Positions 49,872-62,135 are shown, counted from the first letter of the whole stretch. The stretch: DNA of 63,713 nt, filler included, from Reticulomyxa filosa (GCA_000512085.1; 21 parts of 21 records of this genome joined end to end with filler, not necessarily neighbours in it), one strand, 5' to 3'. The notes: generated by a model from the sequence alone, not told the origin. A program made the numbers and translations.

Positions 49872-50390
49872 TCAGTGATTGTCTTGAATAATATTATCAT
49901 CATCATCATCATGATACTTTTTTGCAGGAATAATTTGACAACAAACTTTTCCAAAACCAATTTTATATTTAGATTTTGTACGATCAAAAGCAAAAGCATA
50001 AGCAACAAAAGTATCATCATCACAAACATATTTTCTTTGTTCATAATGACTACCAATAGTAATAGGATTTTTACCATCTTCAGTTAATTCCATCATAGAA
50101 CATAATTGATCAGAATAAGAACCAGTAATAGAACCACTACAAATTAAATCACCAGATTTAATATTACATCCTGTAATAGAAAGATGAGTTAACATTTGTG
50201 TAGCAGACCAATATAAATATTTAGTATTACTTCTAATAAAAATAGCTTCTTTTTGTCTTTTTATTTCATTATATTTACGCATATTAGATGATTGTAAACC
50301 AGCATTAATATTAATATTTAATAAATGTAAGCCAGGATTATATATAGAAGAAATATTTCTTAAATAAGATAATGGATTGGTAATTGAATA
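49872..50390 (-). CDS. Fumarylacetoacetase-like protein, C-terminal fragment, divergent
   Basis: SNTKYLYWS..QMLTHLSITGCNIKSGDLICSGSITG...SMMELT..G..P...IGFG...IIPA matches the FAH C-terminal half. Confidence 0.75.
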   Translation of the reverse strand, partial: YSITNPLSYLRNISSIYNPGLHLLNININAGLQSSNMRKYNEIKRQKEAIFIRSNTKYLYWSATQMLTHLSITGCNIKSGDLICSGSITGSYSDQLCSMMELTEDGKNPITIGSHYEQRKYVCDDDTFVAYAFAFDRTKSKYKIGFGKVCCQIIPAKKYHDDDDDNIIQDNH

Positions 50391-50728
50391 AATGAAAGAA
50401 GACGTGAAGAATTTATTGAGATGGAAGGAGTAGAGGTATTAATAATATTAATATTATTATTAATATTATTATTAATATTAATATTATTATTAATATTATT
50501 ATTAATATTATTATTAATANNNNNNNNNNNNNNNNNNNNNNNNNNNNNNNNNNNNNNNNNNNNTTAATTAATTAANNNNNNNNNNNNNNNNNNNNNNNNN
50601 NNNNNNNNNNNNNNNNNNNACACACACACACACACACACACAGTATTTGACAAAAGTCGAATGGAGCCACTTTAAAAAAAAAAAAAAAAAAAGGGGGCTA
50701 AAATTGGAAAGAAAGAACAAACAAACCA

Positions 50729-52229
50729 ACCTCGGTTTCAAGGGGAGAAAGCATCCCAATAGGGATGGGGATGGAACTCTGTTGCGCACGGTGATAATTG
50801 GACTCACTGGACTTGTATGACATGTCGTCACGACCATGGCCAAAACTCGCCCGATCTGTAGGGACAAGGATGACAGTAGCAGAAGAGCTGCGCTTCCACT
50901 CATGAGCAGCCCGATTAAAACCGCTGCGCGGAAGCAGTAACTGCTGCTGCTGCTGCTGCTGCTGCTGCTTCTTTGAGCAGGCGGTCGATACGACGTCGTC
51001 TTCGTTGCCACTGACTTGCGAAGGAGGAGACCGCTGTTGAGATACATCGTCGGGAGTGTCTTGCACATTGTGCTTGGATTTGGATTTGGAGTTGATATTG
51101 AGATTGGGATTGAGATTGAGATTGAGATTGGACTTGGACTTGGGCTCGAGTTTGAGTTGGCAGGCCAGTTTATCTGGAGCGTCGACAACAGGAGGTGAAG
51201 AAGCGGGAAAAGATACATTGCCAGGGTTTTGTATCGTACTTCCGCTTTCACTTTTGGATGAACTTTTCTGACGTCGAGGGGTGGTGGAGCCTCCAGCTTC
51301 GTTGATTGCTCCTTTGGTTGTCGTCGTCGTCGTCGTTGTTGTTGCTGTTCCTGAGGCGGTCCCCGTGGCTGTGATCGTTGGAGTGCGCAGTTGCAAATTT
51401 TGCATGCACTCCACTTGGTTGTAGTTCATTTGAGCCAATGCAATGACACACTGTTGTTTCATATTCTTTATATATATGTATATGTATATGTATATGTATA
51501 TAATAATAATTACCAGTAATCACTTGCATAAAAAAAAGAGATAACTTGCAATTGACTAGCGTCAATCTTGTTGTTGAAGGTGGCGGTGAGCAGGTGATTA
51601 ACATCGTCGACTTCGAAATACAAGGGGACGAACTTGTGCAGTGCCTTGCAACTGAACTTGTTGAGCAAGTGGTCGTTGGACAGCACGGCCAAGGGCAGGC
51701 CTTGGAATACAACTACGTATTCGGTCATTTGTATGGCGGCCTGTTCTTCCCAGGTGAGTCCAGCATCGACATCATCATTATCATTATCATTGTCATTGTT
51801 ATTGTTATGTCATTGCCATTGTCATTGCCATTGCATTGTCATTGCCGACAATGAAACAAGGGAGAGCAGGCGAATGGTACGAATACAAATACTCGACGTC
51901 TACCAGATTGAATGGAAGGCCATTCTGCGTCAAGTACACCAACTTCATCAGCAGTGCAAATTGCGGGAATGTGCACACGCCCGAGCGTGAGCTGCAACAC
52001 CGCCAGCTCCACTACTACCACCATTATTACTACCATTGCCATCGCATGTGTCCCCATGTCTGACAAGCTTTTGCCAAATCTTGAGGCCCGTCTCTTTGTC
52101 CACTCGGGCCAAGTCTATTAGCTTTTGGTACTGTGGAAATGTCATCACTTCTCGATGGCCCACCCACTTTTTCCAAAGCCCTTCGTATGTAGTCCGGTCT
52201 TTCTGCCAATCTTCGTATTCTGTTCTCAT
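50729..52229 (-). CDS. Hypothetical multi-exon protein with low-complexity tracts; possible EH-like and UBA-like segments
   Basis: LKIWQKL...FALLMKLVYLTQNGLP (EH-like, needs a frameshift); CVIALAQMNYNQVECMQNL (UBA-like). Weak similarity only. Confidence 0.35.
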
Positions 52230-52368
52230 TTTTTTTTTTCAAAGAAAAAAAAAGAAAAGAATTCTCCGNNNNNNNNNNNNNNNNNNNNNNNNNNNNNNNN
52301 NNNNNNNNNNNNTTAATTAATTAANNNNNNNNNNNNNNNNNNNNNNNNNNNNNNNNNNNNNNNNNNNN

Positions 52369-52873
52369 TGCGCTTCTTTAGCTGACTGCCGTTGTAGAGC
52401 TGGAACTTTTCAGCGCTGCCGAAGTAGCCGTTACGCACCACATGCACTTGATGGTCTGCTCCCGCAGGCATCGCATCAAGGTAGTCCGCGAGCAATTCGA
52501 GGCTGTCTCTTTGGCGGTTGATGACCCACAGCGTGACCATCGTTCTGCCCAGTTCACCCAAGGTGCTTTTGAGGGTCTGGCCATACCGTGCCACCCCAGT
52601 GCTGTTCCGAGCTGCCGTATTCACGATGACAGGGACGCCGCGTGTCTTGTCCAGTGAGTTGACCAGTTCAATCCACCCATCTGCTTCGTCGAGGCTCAGG
52701 GCTGCGCACTGGATGCGCTCCCCGTGCGCCTTGAAAACATCAGGATTGGCGTCATCCGTTTCGATCAAGAGCGGCTCTACCCCACGCTGCAAGAAGGCGT
52801 CGATCAGAGCGGTCGCCAGCATGCTTTTGCCGGTGCCGCCCTTGTTCCCTGCGCACAGATAAATCTTGTTCAT
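52369..52873 (-). CDS. mobD: MobD/TraL-like P-loop NTPase, 3'-truncated
   Basis: Deviant Walker A GNKGGTGKS, IETDDANPDV, VNTAARN, LWVINRQRDSLELL, HVVRNGYFG; RBS GAGGAG upstream. Confidence 0.75.
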
Positions 52874-52884
52874 GTTCTGTCTCC

Positions 52885-53346
52885 TCAAATGCGTTCGCGA
52901 TCAGGCCGGGTGATCGCGGCGACTGCGCTGGTGGTGTTTCCCGTCGATTGCGGTAGAGCGGCGGCGGCACGCTCCCCGATGGTCAGCGCGGGCGGCTGAC
53001 TTTGCGCCGGGCTGGTCGCAGTCGGTGCTGCCGGTGTGCTGCTCTGGCTGGTGGCAGCAGATGCGGCTTTGCGCTTCGTCGAGCGCTGTTTGCTTCCGTG
53101 CTTGCTGGAGGACGCGGCACGCTGCAAGTAGCTTTTCAGTGTGGGCGCGCCAATCTGCAATTCGTCCTCGGTCAGCAGGGCGGCGATCTGTTCCAGCGTG
53201 TAGCCACGCTCGCGCATTGCAGTGATCTCGCCGGTTAGCAGCTTGATGCTCTCCTGCTTGCTGATCTCCCGCTTCTTGTTCTCGACAGGTGGCATCGCCC
53301 GCAGCTTTGCGGCGATGGCTTCCACCTTTTCAATCGTTATGGCCAT
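52885..53346 (-). CDS. mobC: MobC-like small mobilisation/DNA-binding protein
   Basis: EITAMRERGYTLEQIAALL...TLKSYL helix-turn-helix-like segment; RBS AAGGAG; directly upstream of the mobD-like gene. Confidence 0.6.
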   Translation of the reverse strand: MAITIEKVEAIAAKLRAMPPVENKKREISKQESIKLLTGEITAMRERGYTLEQIAALLTEDELQIGAPTLKSYLQRAASSSKHGSKQRSTKRKAASAATSQSSTPAAPTATSPAQSQPPALTIGERAAAALPQSTGNTTSAVAAITRPDRERI

Positions 53347-53434
53347 GCCTGCTCCTTGGTCTGAAAAATACGCTTTTATTCTGGCGTCCTTTTTCATGCT
53401 TCGCAAGCTGTAAAGCCTTGTCCTGCTTTGACTT

Positions 53435-53460
53435 CTTCCCATAATAGAAATTATGGGAAG
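53435..53460. promoter_or_regulatory. Perfect 11-bp inverted repeat upstream of mobC (putative operator)
   Basis: CTTCCCATAAT-agaa-ATTATGGGAAG. Confidence 0.55.
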
Positions 53461-53679
53461 CGTTTATGACTTGCAAACGCATACACAAAAACCCATACTA
53501 TGTGCATCGCCGCGAGTAGCTTTTTTGCTTCCAACCGAATGGAAAGCTGCCCCCATCGAGATACGTACCGTGTCCAAAGCGAGTAACAGGATGGCCCTTG
53601 TCGAACACATAGCGCTCCGCGCCATGTGCCCGCCAAGGGACGCCGTGTCCTCGACGCTCCGCGTCTCGATCCGTGGCTC

Positions 53680-53693
53680 ACTTCATCCTGCCC
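53680..53693 (+). other. Putative oriT nic site (IncP/MOB-P consensus YATCCTG^Y)
   Basis: ACTTCATCCTG^CCC, positioned upstream of the mobC-mobD operon as expected. Confidence 0.65.
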
Positions 53694-53867
53694 NNNNNNN
53701 NNNNNNNNNNNNNNNNNNNNNNNNNNNNNNNNNNNNNTTAATTAATTAANNNNNNNNNNNNNNNNNNNNNNNNNNNNNNNNNNNNNNNNNNNNTTTTTTT
53801 ATGGAGCCAATTTTCTTTTTTTAAGTACTTATTCAAACAAACAAAAAATATATACATATATGGAAAG

Positions 53868-55474
53868 GCTGTAAAAAAAGCGGGAGAAGAAGCAGGGCTA
53901 AAAGTAATGAGTATGTTGGATGAAGAAATAGCAGTGCTAATAGCTTATGGCTTAAATAATAAGCAAGGAATTGATAAGATAAAGAATGTATTGATCTTCG
54001 ATATGGGAGGAAGGAAATGCACTAGCTCCATTGTTGCTATAACAAAGAATGGCATGGAAATAAAGGCAGTCCAACAAGGTCCGGGAGGAGATGCCTGTAC
54101 CACTATGTTAGTGACACATTTTATAAATGAAATAAAAACCACACATAACGTGGATATAAGGGATGACAATGACAAACATGCAGAGACTCGACTACGTATC
54201 GCTTGCAACATTGTTAAACATCGATTAAGTTTGGAACAGACAGTCGATACGTGTTTGAAATTCAATAGCAATGACTTTACTTTATCCATTTCACAAACCA
54301 AGTTTATTGTTTTACTACCTTTTTTTTTTTCTTCTTTTTATCAAGCTTGAAATTTGCATTTGTTTGATCAAAAAAACGATAGATTTGAGTCATTGTGCGA
54401 ACAGTTATTTTGTGAATGTGTGGATACAATGACAAAGGCATTAAAAGAGTGTGCAATGAATAAGTCCGATATAACGGAGGTGGTCATGGTAGGTGGCTCC
54501 ACTTTTATTCCCAAAATTAACCATTTGATTCGAGACTTTTTTAAAGACACTAGCCCTCCGATTTTGAATAGTATCAATGCAAATGAAGTTGTAGCTCATG
54601 GTGCCGCCATTTATGCTGCTTTCTCTAATAACCAAAATGCATTTGCTGATCGTTTGTGGACGTATCAAAGACCATCAGTTTCGTTTGTCTGTAATATAAT
54701 TTACATCTCCACAAGTATACGTTCTTTGGCAAGTAGAGGTAAATGAAATGATCTCAACAAATAACAGGCTCGTATTCTGTGCGAAGATCCATCGCCACCA
54801 AAAATTAAAATTGACTCTACGTACATTATTGCAATGTACAAAATTTTGAAAGCGACGCTACCTAAGGCGCATGTAAAAATATATGCAGAAACTGAGAACT
54901 TTATTCAAGAGCTTTTGGATAAGATAAATCATAGAATTAAGACTACTGACGACAACAAAGCAGAGTACCTCAACAACAACATTGAAGTTAAAGTTTTTTT
55001 TTTCCCTTCTCCTTGCCAGGAAAATTCTTCAATGCAATATTAAAAATATATATACGTATATGTATGTATATTATAATATACAAATATGTGTTAAATGGCG
55101 CCCTCTCCTTGAACAGTTTGTCAAAAAACATGAAATGGTAAGTTATCTTCAGACAGAACAGACAAGTGCTGCAAAAAATGAATGGAATGTGGACATTGAC
55201 ACAACCAAATGGGGCGAGTTTGAGAAATGGTTAATAACGCAAACTCAAAATCTGGAGGCAACAATAAAAACAGCGTTGAAACAAGAGGCAGATGAATTTG
55301 TGATTGATGGCGTTGTCATTTCGTATAACAGAGCATTAATAGCCAATTTTTTGGAGCTCCATAACTACATCCAACAAGATTTTAAAGACTCCAAACTTTT
55401 ATTTCGGGCCACTGGCTTGGCAAGTATTTCAGGTAATATCATATCATCCACTAAATACCAAAAAAAAAAAAAAA
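53868..55474 (+). CDS. Divergent Hsp70-like ATPase domain followed by an unrelated C-terminal region; multi-exon fragment (intron 54302-54382 and later ones)
   Basis: AGEEAGLKV...IAYGL, VLIFDMGG, RLRIAC..VKHRLS, KFESLC, VVMVGGSTFIPKI, SINANEVVAHGAAIYAA. Confidence 0.8.
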
Positions 55475-55574
55475 NNNNNNNNNNNNNNNNNNNNNNNNNN
55501 NNNNNNNNNNNNNNNNNNTTAATTAATTAANNNNNNNNNNNNNNNNNNNNNNNNNNNNNNNNNNNNNNNNNNNN

Positions 55575-57124
55575 TTTTTTTTTTTTTGAAATAACTTCCA
55601 ATCCGAGTTGCTTGATAGATTGCTTCAATAAAAGCACTTCTTGTTGCAAGAGCTTTACTTGATCATTGTATTTTTTGTCCTCTTTTGTAGCCTTATCTTT
55701 TTTGACTTGACATCGCCATTGGAACGAGAGTATTTCGTAAGGTAAAACGAGCAAAGGAGAGGATTGGATGGCGAGCGCGGAGGGATCGACTGGAAAGAGG
55801 TGTTTCCACTTGTTGCTCATTTGCAGCAACTTGGCCCATTCGAGTCTCGACTCCGGAGACAGCGAGAGAGCAGGAGATGGATAGCCACTGCAACAGATCA
55901 TCCACACCTGAACCAGTTCTCGTCGATAGAACAGTTCGTGGAACAAGTCATGAACCAAGTCCAGTTCCATGCCTATGCCTATGCCTATGCCTATGCCCAT
56001 GCCTATGCTCATGTCCATGTCCACATTCACTCCAATCATGTTGTTATCATTCCAACTCGAACACGTTTCCAAACATTTCAACAAGTCTATTTCTTGATCA
56101 TTGTCTTTATCTTTAGCTTTGTCTTTGGCAGGAGTCGTACTTCCAAACCATTCCACAAATGTGGCATAATTGGTTTTCAACCAATTTCTTTGGCTTTTAT
56201 TTTTGGACTTGTCCTCTGGTTCGTATTCGCGAATGCATACACATACCTGGCTCACTGTGCAATACACCTGTCCCTTCTTTCCCATCGCTGCCGCTGCTGG
56301 CGTTGTATTGGTTCGGGCTCTCATATGTTCGTCCAGCCATACAAACTCGGACAATGTTGTCACCTCGACAATGTCCGCCACGTTCGACTCATTGCCTTTG
56401 CTACGCTCGCTCAACAACGATACTCGCATTTGCTCCCCATTACCTAACCCTACATGTTGTACTTCGACAAGTAGATGTGCACTGCCTTCTTGTCGCCGAT
56501 CTCCTCTTTCAGCTGCAATAAGTTACTCACTAGTCGTGGAAACAGTCCCATTTCTGATGTCTTCTCATTCCATTTCCCCACAATGTGTGGGATTTTCCTT
56601 TGTTTTCTTAAGTTTTTTTTTTTTTTTACGTAAAAAAAAAGGGGGGGGGGGCTTGTAAGTTCCTTCTTTTTTTTTTTTTTCTTCCCTCTTTATAAAGTAA
56701 ACAAAAAGGAGCCCATGGAGTATATATGTATGCAACATATTTATTTTTATGTTTGCTACTCTCATTTTAGTAATCTCTAACCTGCACTCTGAGGTCCATG
56801 CACAATACATGTTAGGTTTGTCCCGTTCTTTATCATGTCTTGACACAATTTTGATCCCGCCATCTCATACCATATTTGTTCTTGACTCTTTTTGTCCGTA
56901 AACATTTTGTCGAATGTGTATTTATGACCGCCTTTTAGGCTCAACTTGCTTGGTATTTTTATCGCGTTGGCCTCTTCATCAACTTCCAATCCTGGCGCTG
57001 GTCTGTTCTTTAACGAAAACGAAAACCTTTTTTTTGCATTTTGCTGCTTTTCTGATAGTGAACTCTCTTGCTCTTCATTCTCTTTGTGTAGGCGTATCAC
57101 TGAAGTAAAGTTTGAGAACGGCAT
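55575..57124 (-). CDS. Highly divergent kinesin-motor-like protein with C-terminal coiled coil; multi-exon fragment
   Basis: YTFDKMF...SQEQIW...GTNLTCIVHGPQSAG matches kinesin F.FD.VF..SQ..VY...G.N.T..AYGQTGSG; downstream motifs are degenerate. Confidence 0.55.
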
Positions 57125-57754
57125 CTCTTTCTTTTCAAATTTATACGGCTATTTTATTATTCCAAGTACTGATCAAAGAGGAAAAATGATAACAATAATA
57201 ATTAAAGCTTGCAAAATTGCCAAGCTCCAATGTCTTTAATATTTTATTAAAGGATTTTTTCCAATTATTCTCCTTCATTCTTTTTCTACTGACCACTATT
57301 AATGCGTTAACAAACAAGCCGGAGTAAACTAACAATTACATATTATAACCTTTAAACAATCAGCAATATTAAAATCATAAAACTTTGGATTGCAAACCGA
57401 ATAGATCACATGACGAAAAGTGTTCAATATTAAACAGTTGAACAGAGCTTTGATTCAAATTCTTGAGTAAAGTGCTTACATTCTCGAGAATTACGAAATT
57501 TAAGCAATGAAAAAAAATAAAATACAGGAAATAATTGTGCCCGCTTTTCATGGTTTTTTTTTCCATCTTAGTAGAGCGCGTCCAAAGTATTGATTTTGTA
57601 TAACATTTGAACTGTAGGGCAAGCCCTTATCACACATAGTTGAACTTGTATGGANNNNNNNNNNNNNNNNNNNNNNNNNNNNNNNNNNNNNNNNNNNNTT
57701 AATTAATTAANNNNNNNNNNNNNNNNNNNNNNNNNNNNNNNNNNNNNNNNNNNN

Positions 57755-58160
57755 CCTCAACTACGTGTCGCCGGAACTCGATGCGAACACCGGCACGATC
57801 CTGGTCCGCGCCCTGTTCAACAACCCGACGCGCACCCTGATCCCCGGCTTCTTCGTGCGGGTCAAGGTCCCGCAGGGCCTGGGCGCCACGGCCTCGCTGC
57901 TGGTGCCCAATCGCGTGATCGGAGAGGATCAGGCCGGCAAGTACCTGCTCACGGTCAACAAGGACAACGTCGTGGTCCAGACCCGGATCACCACGGGACA
58001 GCTCCTCGCCAGCGGGCTGCGCGTGATCCCGACGGGGCTGAAGCCGGACGACCAGGTCGTGCTCAGCACCAACGGCGCGGCGATTCCGGGCGCCAAGGTG
58101 GTTCCGAAGGTGACGACAATTCCCGTTGCGGCCGACGGCACTCCCGCCGCTCCCAAGTGA
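57755..58160 (+). CDS. RND efflux periplasmic adaptor (AcrA/MFP family), C-terminal part; bacterial contig
   Basis: TGTILVRALFNNP...LIPGFFVRV, LLVP, GLKPDDQVV. Confidence 0.9.
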
Positions 58161-58179
58161 CCGGCCGGGGAACGCAGCC

Positions 58180-59375
58180 ATGATCTCCGCCTTCTTCATC
58201 AACCGGCCGGTCCTGGCCAACGTCCTCGCCATCATCATCGTGCTGATCGGCGGCGTGGCGCTGGCGACCCTCCCGGTCGCGCAGTATCCCAACGTCGTGC
58301 CGCCCACGGTCCAGGTCACCACGACCTACCCGGGCGCCAGCGCCGCGGTCGTCGTCAACGATGTCGCCCTGCCCGTCGAGCTGCAGGTCAACGGCGTCGA
58401 GAAGATGATCTACATGCAGTCCTACAGCACGGACTCCGGCACCTACACGCTCACGGTGACCTTCGAGATCGGCACCGATCTCGATTTCGCGCAGGTGCTG
58501 GTGCAGAATCAGGTCAGTGCGGCGCTCGCCTCGCTGCCCATGCCGGTGCAGGCCCAGGGCCTGGTCGTCCAGAAGAAGTCGACGTCGATCCTGCAGATCG
58601 TATCGCTGACGTCACCCGACCAGCGCTACGACAGCCTCTACCTCAGCAACTACGCCACCATCAATCTCGTCAACGAACTCGCGCGCCTGCCCGGTGTCGG
58701 CAACGTCAACGTGCTGGGCGTCGGCCAGTACTCGATGCGCGTCTGGCTGGACCCGGAGAAGCTCTACACGTTCGGCCTCACCCCGTCGGACGTGAGCAAG
58801 GTCATCCAGCAGCAGAGCCAGGACGTGACGGCGGGCCAGGTCGGCCAGCCGCCGGCGCCCAAGGGGCTGGATTTCCAGTACACGATCGACGTCGTCGGCC
58901 GGCTCAGCACGCCCGAGGAATTCGGCAACATCATCGCAAGGCCGAGCAGGGCAACGGCGGCAGGATCGTGCGGGTGCGCGACATCGCCCGTGTCGAACTG
59001 GGCGCCCAGACCTACTCCACGACGTCGCACATCAACGGCAAGCCCAACTCGGGCCTCGCGATCTACCAGCTGCCCGACGCCAACGCGCTCGACGTCGCCA
59101 AGGCCGTAAAGGCCAAGATGGTGGAACTGGCCAAGGCCTTCCCGCCCGGCCTGGCCTACGAGGTGCCGTTCGACACCACCCGCTTCGGACGGCCTCGATC
59201 CACGAGGTCTTCATGACCCTGATCGAGGCCGGCATCCTGGTGCTGATCGTGATCGTGATCTTCCTGCAGGACTGGCGCGCGATGCTGGTGCCCGCGACCA
59301 CGATCCCCGTCACGATCATCGGCGCCTTCGCCGCGATGGCCGCCCTCGGCTTCACCATCAACACCACGACCATGT
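58180..59375 (+). CDS. RND efflux permease (AcrB/HAE1 family), N-terminal part, frameshifted and truncated
   Basis: FFINRPVLANVLAI...LPVAQYP.V.PPTVQV...YPGASA, YSMRVWLDP, V.DIARVELGAQ.Y, FLQDWRAMLVP. Confidence 0.93.
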
Positions 59376-59824
59376 NNNNNNNNNNNNNNNNNNNNNNNNN
59401 NNNNNNNNNNNNNNNNNNNTTAATTAATTAANNNNNNNNNNNNNNNNNNNNNNNNNNNNNNNNNNNNNNNNNNNNCGCGATTATATTTCGTTGATATTCT
59501 GTAGTACATTATCATTTGACATAGACTCGCCTTTAAATACACTTTCATATCGTATTAGCAAAATCAAATTGACGTAATTTATTTGAACAATTACATTCAA
59601 TATTAGCTTGTTTTCGTCTTACATTTTTGACTTTGAGTTTTTCATAATTTATTTTTTCATTCTTTTGATCACATTTTTATCTAATTGTTAATTTAATTAT
59701 CTAACAAAATATGTTTAAACTATTATGCTATTATCAAACATCTACATCACTAAAAAATTTAATAACTATTATAACACTAAGAAAACATTAATAATGTTTG
59801 TTATAAAACATTTATTGTGAACTT

Positions 59825-62135
59825 TCACAATCGTCCCCACAAACGGATGGTTTTATCAATAGAACAAGAAATAATTGTATTACTGTCTTGCGAAATATCA
59901 ACTCCTGTTATGTTATTCGAATGTTCTTCCAGTGTTTGCACTTCCGTTCCAGTAGCAACATCCCATAATCGAATTGTTCGATCATTTGAGCAAGATACAA
60001 TAATTTGTCCATCTGCTGAAAATTTTACATCCCTTATCACCCCTGAATGACCTTCTAATTTTTTCACTTCTTTTGCTAAGACAACATCCCATATCCGAAT
60101 TGTTTTATCACTCGAACACGACACGACAAATTGGCCATCTGGAGAAAATGTTGCTCTTGTTACATAGTTTAAATGTCCACGTAATTCAGCCATTCTTTTA
60201 CCAGATCGTATATTCCATATCCTAATTGTATCACCATCCGAAGACGATACAATCATTTGACTGTCTGGTGAAAACTGTGCATCATTTATTTTTTTTGAAT
60301 GTCCTTTCCATATCTTTATTTCTTTTCCAGAATTTACATCCCATAATCGAATTGTTTTATCCCATGAACTAGATACAATATTAATCCCATCTGATGAAAA
60401 TTGTGCACTAGTTACATTATCTGAATGTCCTTTCAGCTTTCTGATTTCTTTTTCTGTGTTTACATCCCATAGTCGAATGGTTTTATCTTTAGAGCAAGAT
60501 ACCACCATATTGCCTTTTGGCGAAAAGTGCGCATCGTTAACCCAATTTGAATGACCTTTGAATACTTGAATTTTCTTTTCTGACATGATATCCCATATTC
60601 GAACTTCTTTGTCTTCTGATGATGAAACAATTTTTGTTTCATCTAATGAAAATTTAACACGCTTTACATATCCAAAATGCCCATAGAGTACTTTTAATGG
60701 TTTGAAATACTTCAACTGTTTTTAGATAAGATTATCGAACATAGCATATTATGAACAAAGCAATACAAGACAAAAAACATACCAAAATATATCGAGAAAC
60801 GATATTGTCAAAATCGTCAATCCAACCTATTTTAATAGATAATGATCGATTCCAGTATTTCAATATCATTTCAATTTCTTTTTGTTTCTATTGTTTCCAT
60901 GTCGTACATGAAAAAATTTGCGCTATAAAAAAAAAAAAAAAAAACCACGTAACTTTCTTTAATGTTATGACTTTAAGTTCCTGCTTCATTCCTTTCATTT
61001 GTTCAATTTGTATCTCTGCTTCTTCTTCGGCGATCCATTGTCTTTCTCTTTCTGTTTCTTTCATCCACTCATCAACCTTTGTTTTCATGTGTGTTGCTAC
61101 TCCATGATGCTGTAGATCTTTTCCGCCAAGTATATGCACAAATGTGTGATCTTCATTTAATATTGCAACACAATCGCGCAATGGGTTAGGTAGAGTGCGT
61201 TCAAATGCAATCCATTTATTTTCTTTAATTGAATACTTGTACACCACTTTGGCAACACCAAAGTCATAACCACCATACCCACCAAAAAATAAGATAAAAT
61301 CGTTAACACAAACGCATGCATAATTATTGAATCGTGCAAATTCTGCGCGGACTCGTAAATTATGAAATTGGAATGTATTGCTGAATTCATCATATTTCAT
61401 AGATAGTCCGGACTTTTTGCAAAATAACACGATTTCATTCTGAGCTTTTAACAGAAAACAGTGAAAAAATATTTCACAATTGTCAATTGGTAGCGTACTG
61501 TGATTGACATATTGCGATGTATTTAAATCAAACACATCAATATTATTGGGGTAATAGGAAATGAACAGCAAATGGTTATTGCTTCCACTAATTACTGCAC
61601 GCACTCCACTATAGTTATCTTCTTCTCTGCCAATGTAAATCGGTTTGTTGTAGTAATCAGTAAAAGGTATCCAAGCATTGAAATTGGATTGTTTTGTTTT
61701 TTGAATATTAAATCCTCCTTCCCCTTTGCCATTCCAAACACTCACATATTTCATCACCAATGTGTGTCTTTGTATGAATTTAGATCCACCGAAAGATAAT
61801 AACGTGATGCCATTCGCGTCTTGATTGTGATGCACAAGCTTGACAACACAATGTCCCCATAACGTGACATCTTTTGGATAAGAACAAATAAATTTGTATT
61901 GCCTTTTGATTGTATGATACGAATAACAGTCATTCTTTTCCCAACCACCACAAATGAGAATTTCATGATTGTAAACTACACATTGAATATCACAAAGTGG
62001 AGCCGGTAAAGAAGGTAAGGCCATGAACGAGGTTGTGATACTTGTGTCTGGAGAATCCATTTGTTCTTTTTCTACCGCATTTGGACATATATTCTTTCCT
62101 TCATTTTCCTGCTCGAAAAACATGATTATGATCAT
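59825..62135 (-). CDS. Kelch-like propeller, short coiled coil, IKIGWI module and 7-repeat WD40 in one gene. Exons 62135-60954, 60887-60783, 60715-59825
   Basis: Kelch-like part is paralogous to 40350..41459; two phase-0 GT-AG introns (66 and 67 nt) flank exon KQKEIEMILKYWNRSLSIKIGWIDDFDNIVSRYIL; seven regular GH...FS.DG..IVS.S.D.TIR.WD repeats. Confidence 0.88.

Larger units (their letters stand above)
52369..53693. mobile_element. Bacterial plasmid or ICE mobilisation region (MOB-P type)
   Basis: GC-rich contig carrying mobC-like and mobD-like genes and an IncP-type nic sequence. Confidence 0.75.

Noticed and set aside
15333-59375. Programmed ribosomal frameshifting as a general feature
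   Set aside because: Indels fall in short homopolymers in both bacterial and eukaryotic contigs with no shared slippery motif, which fits pyrosequencing-type errors.
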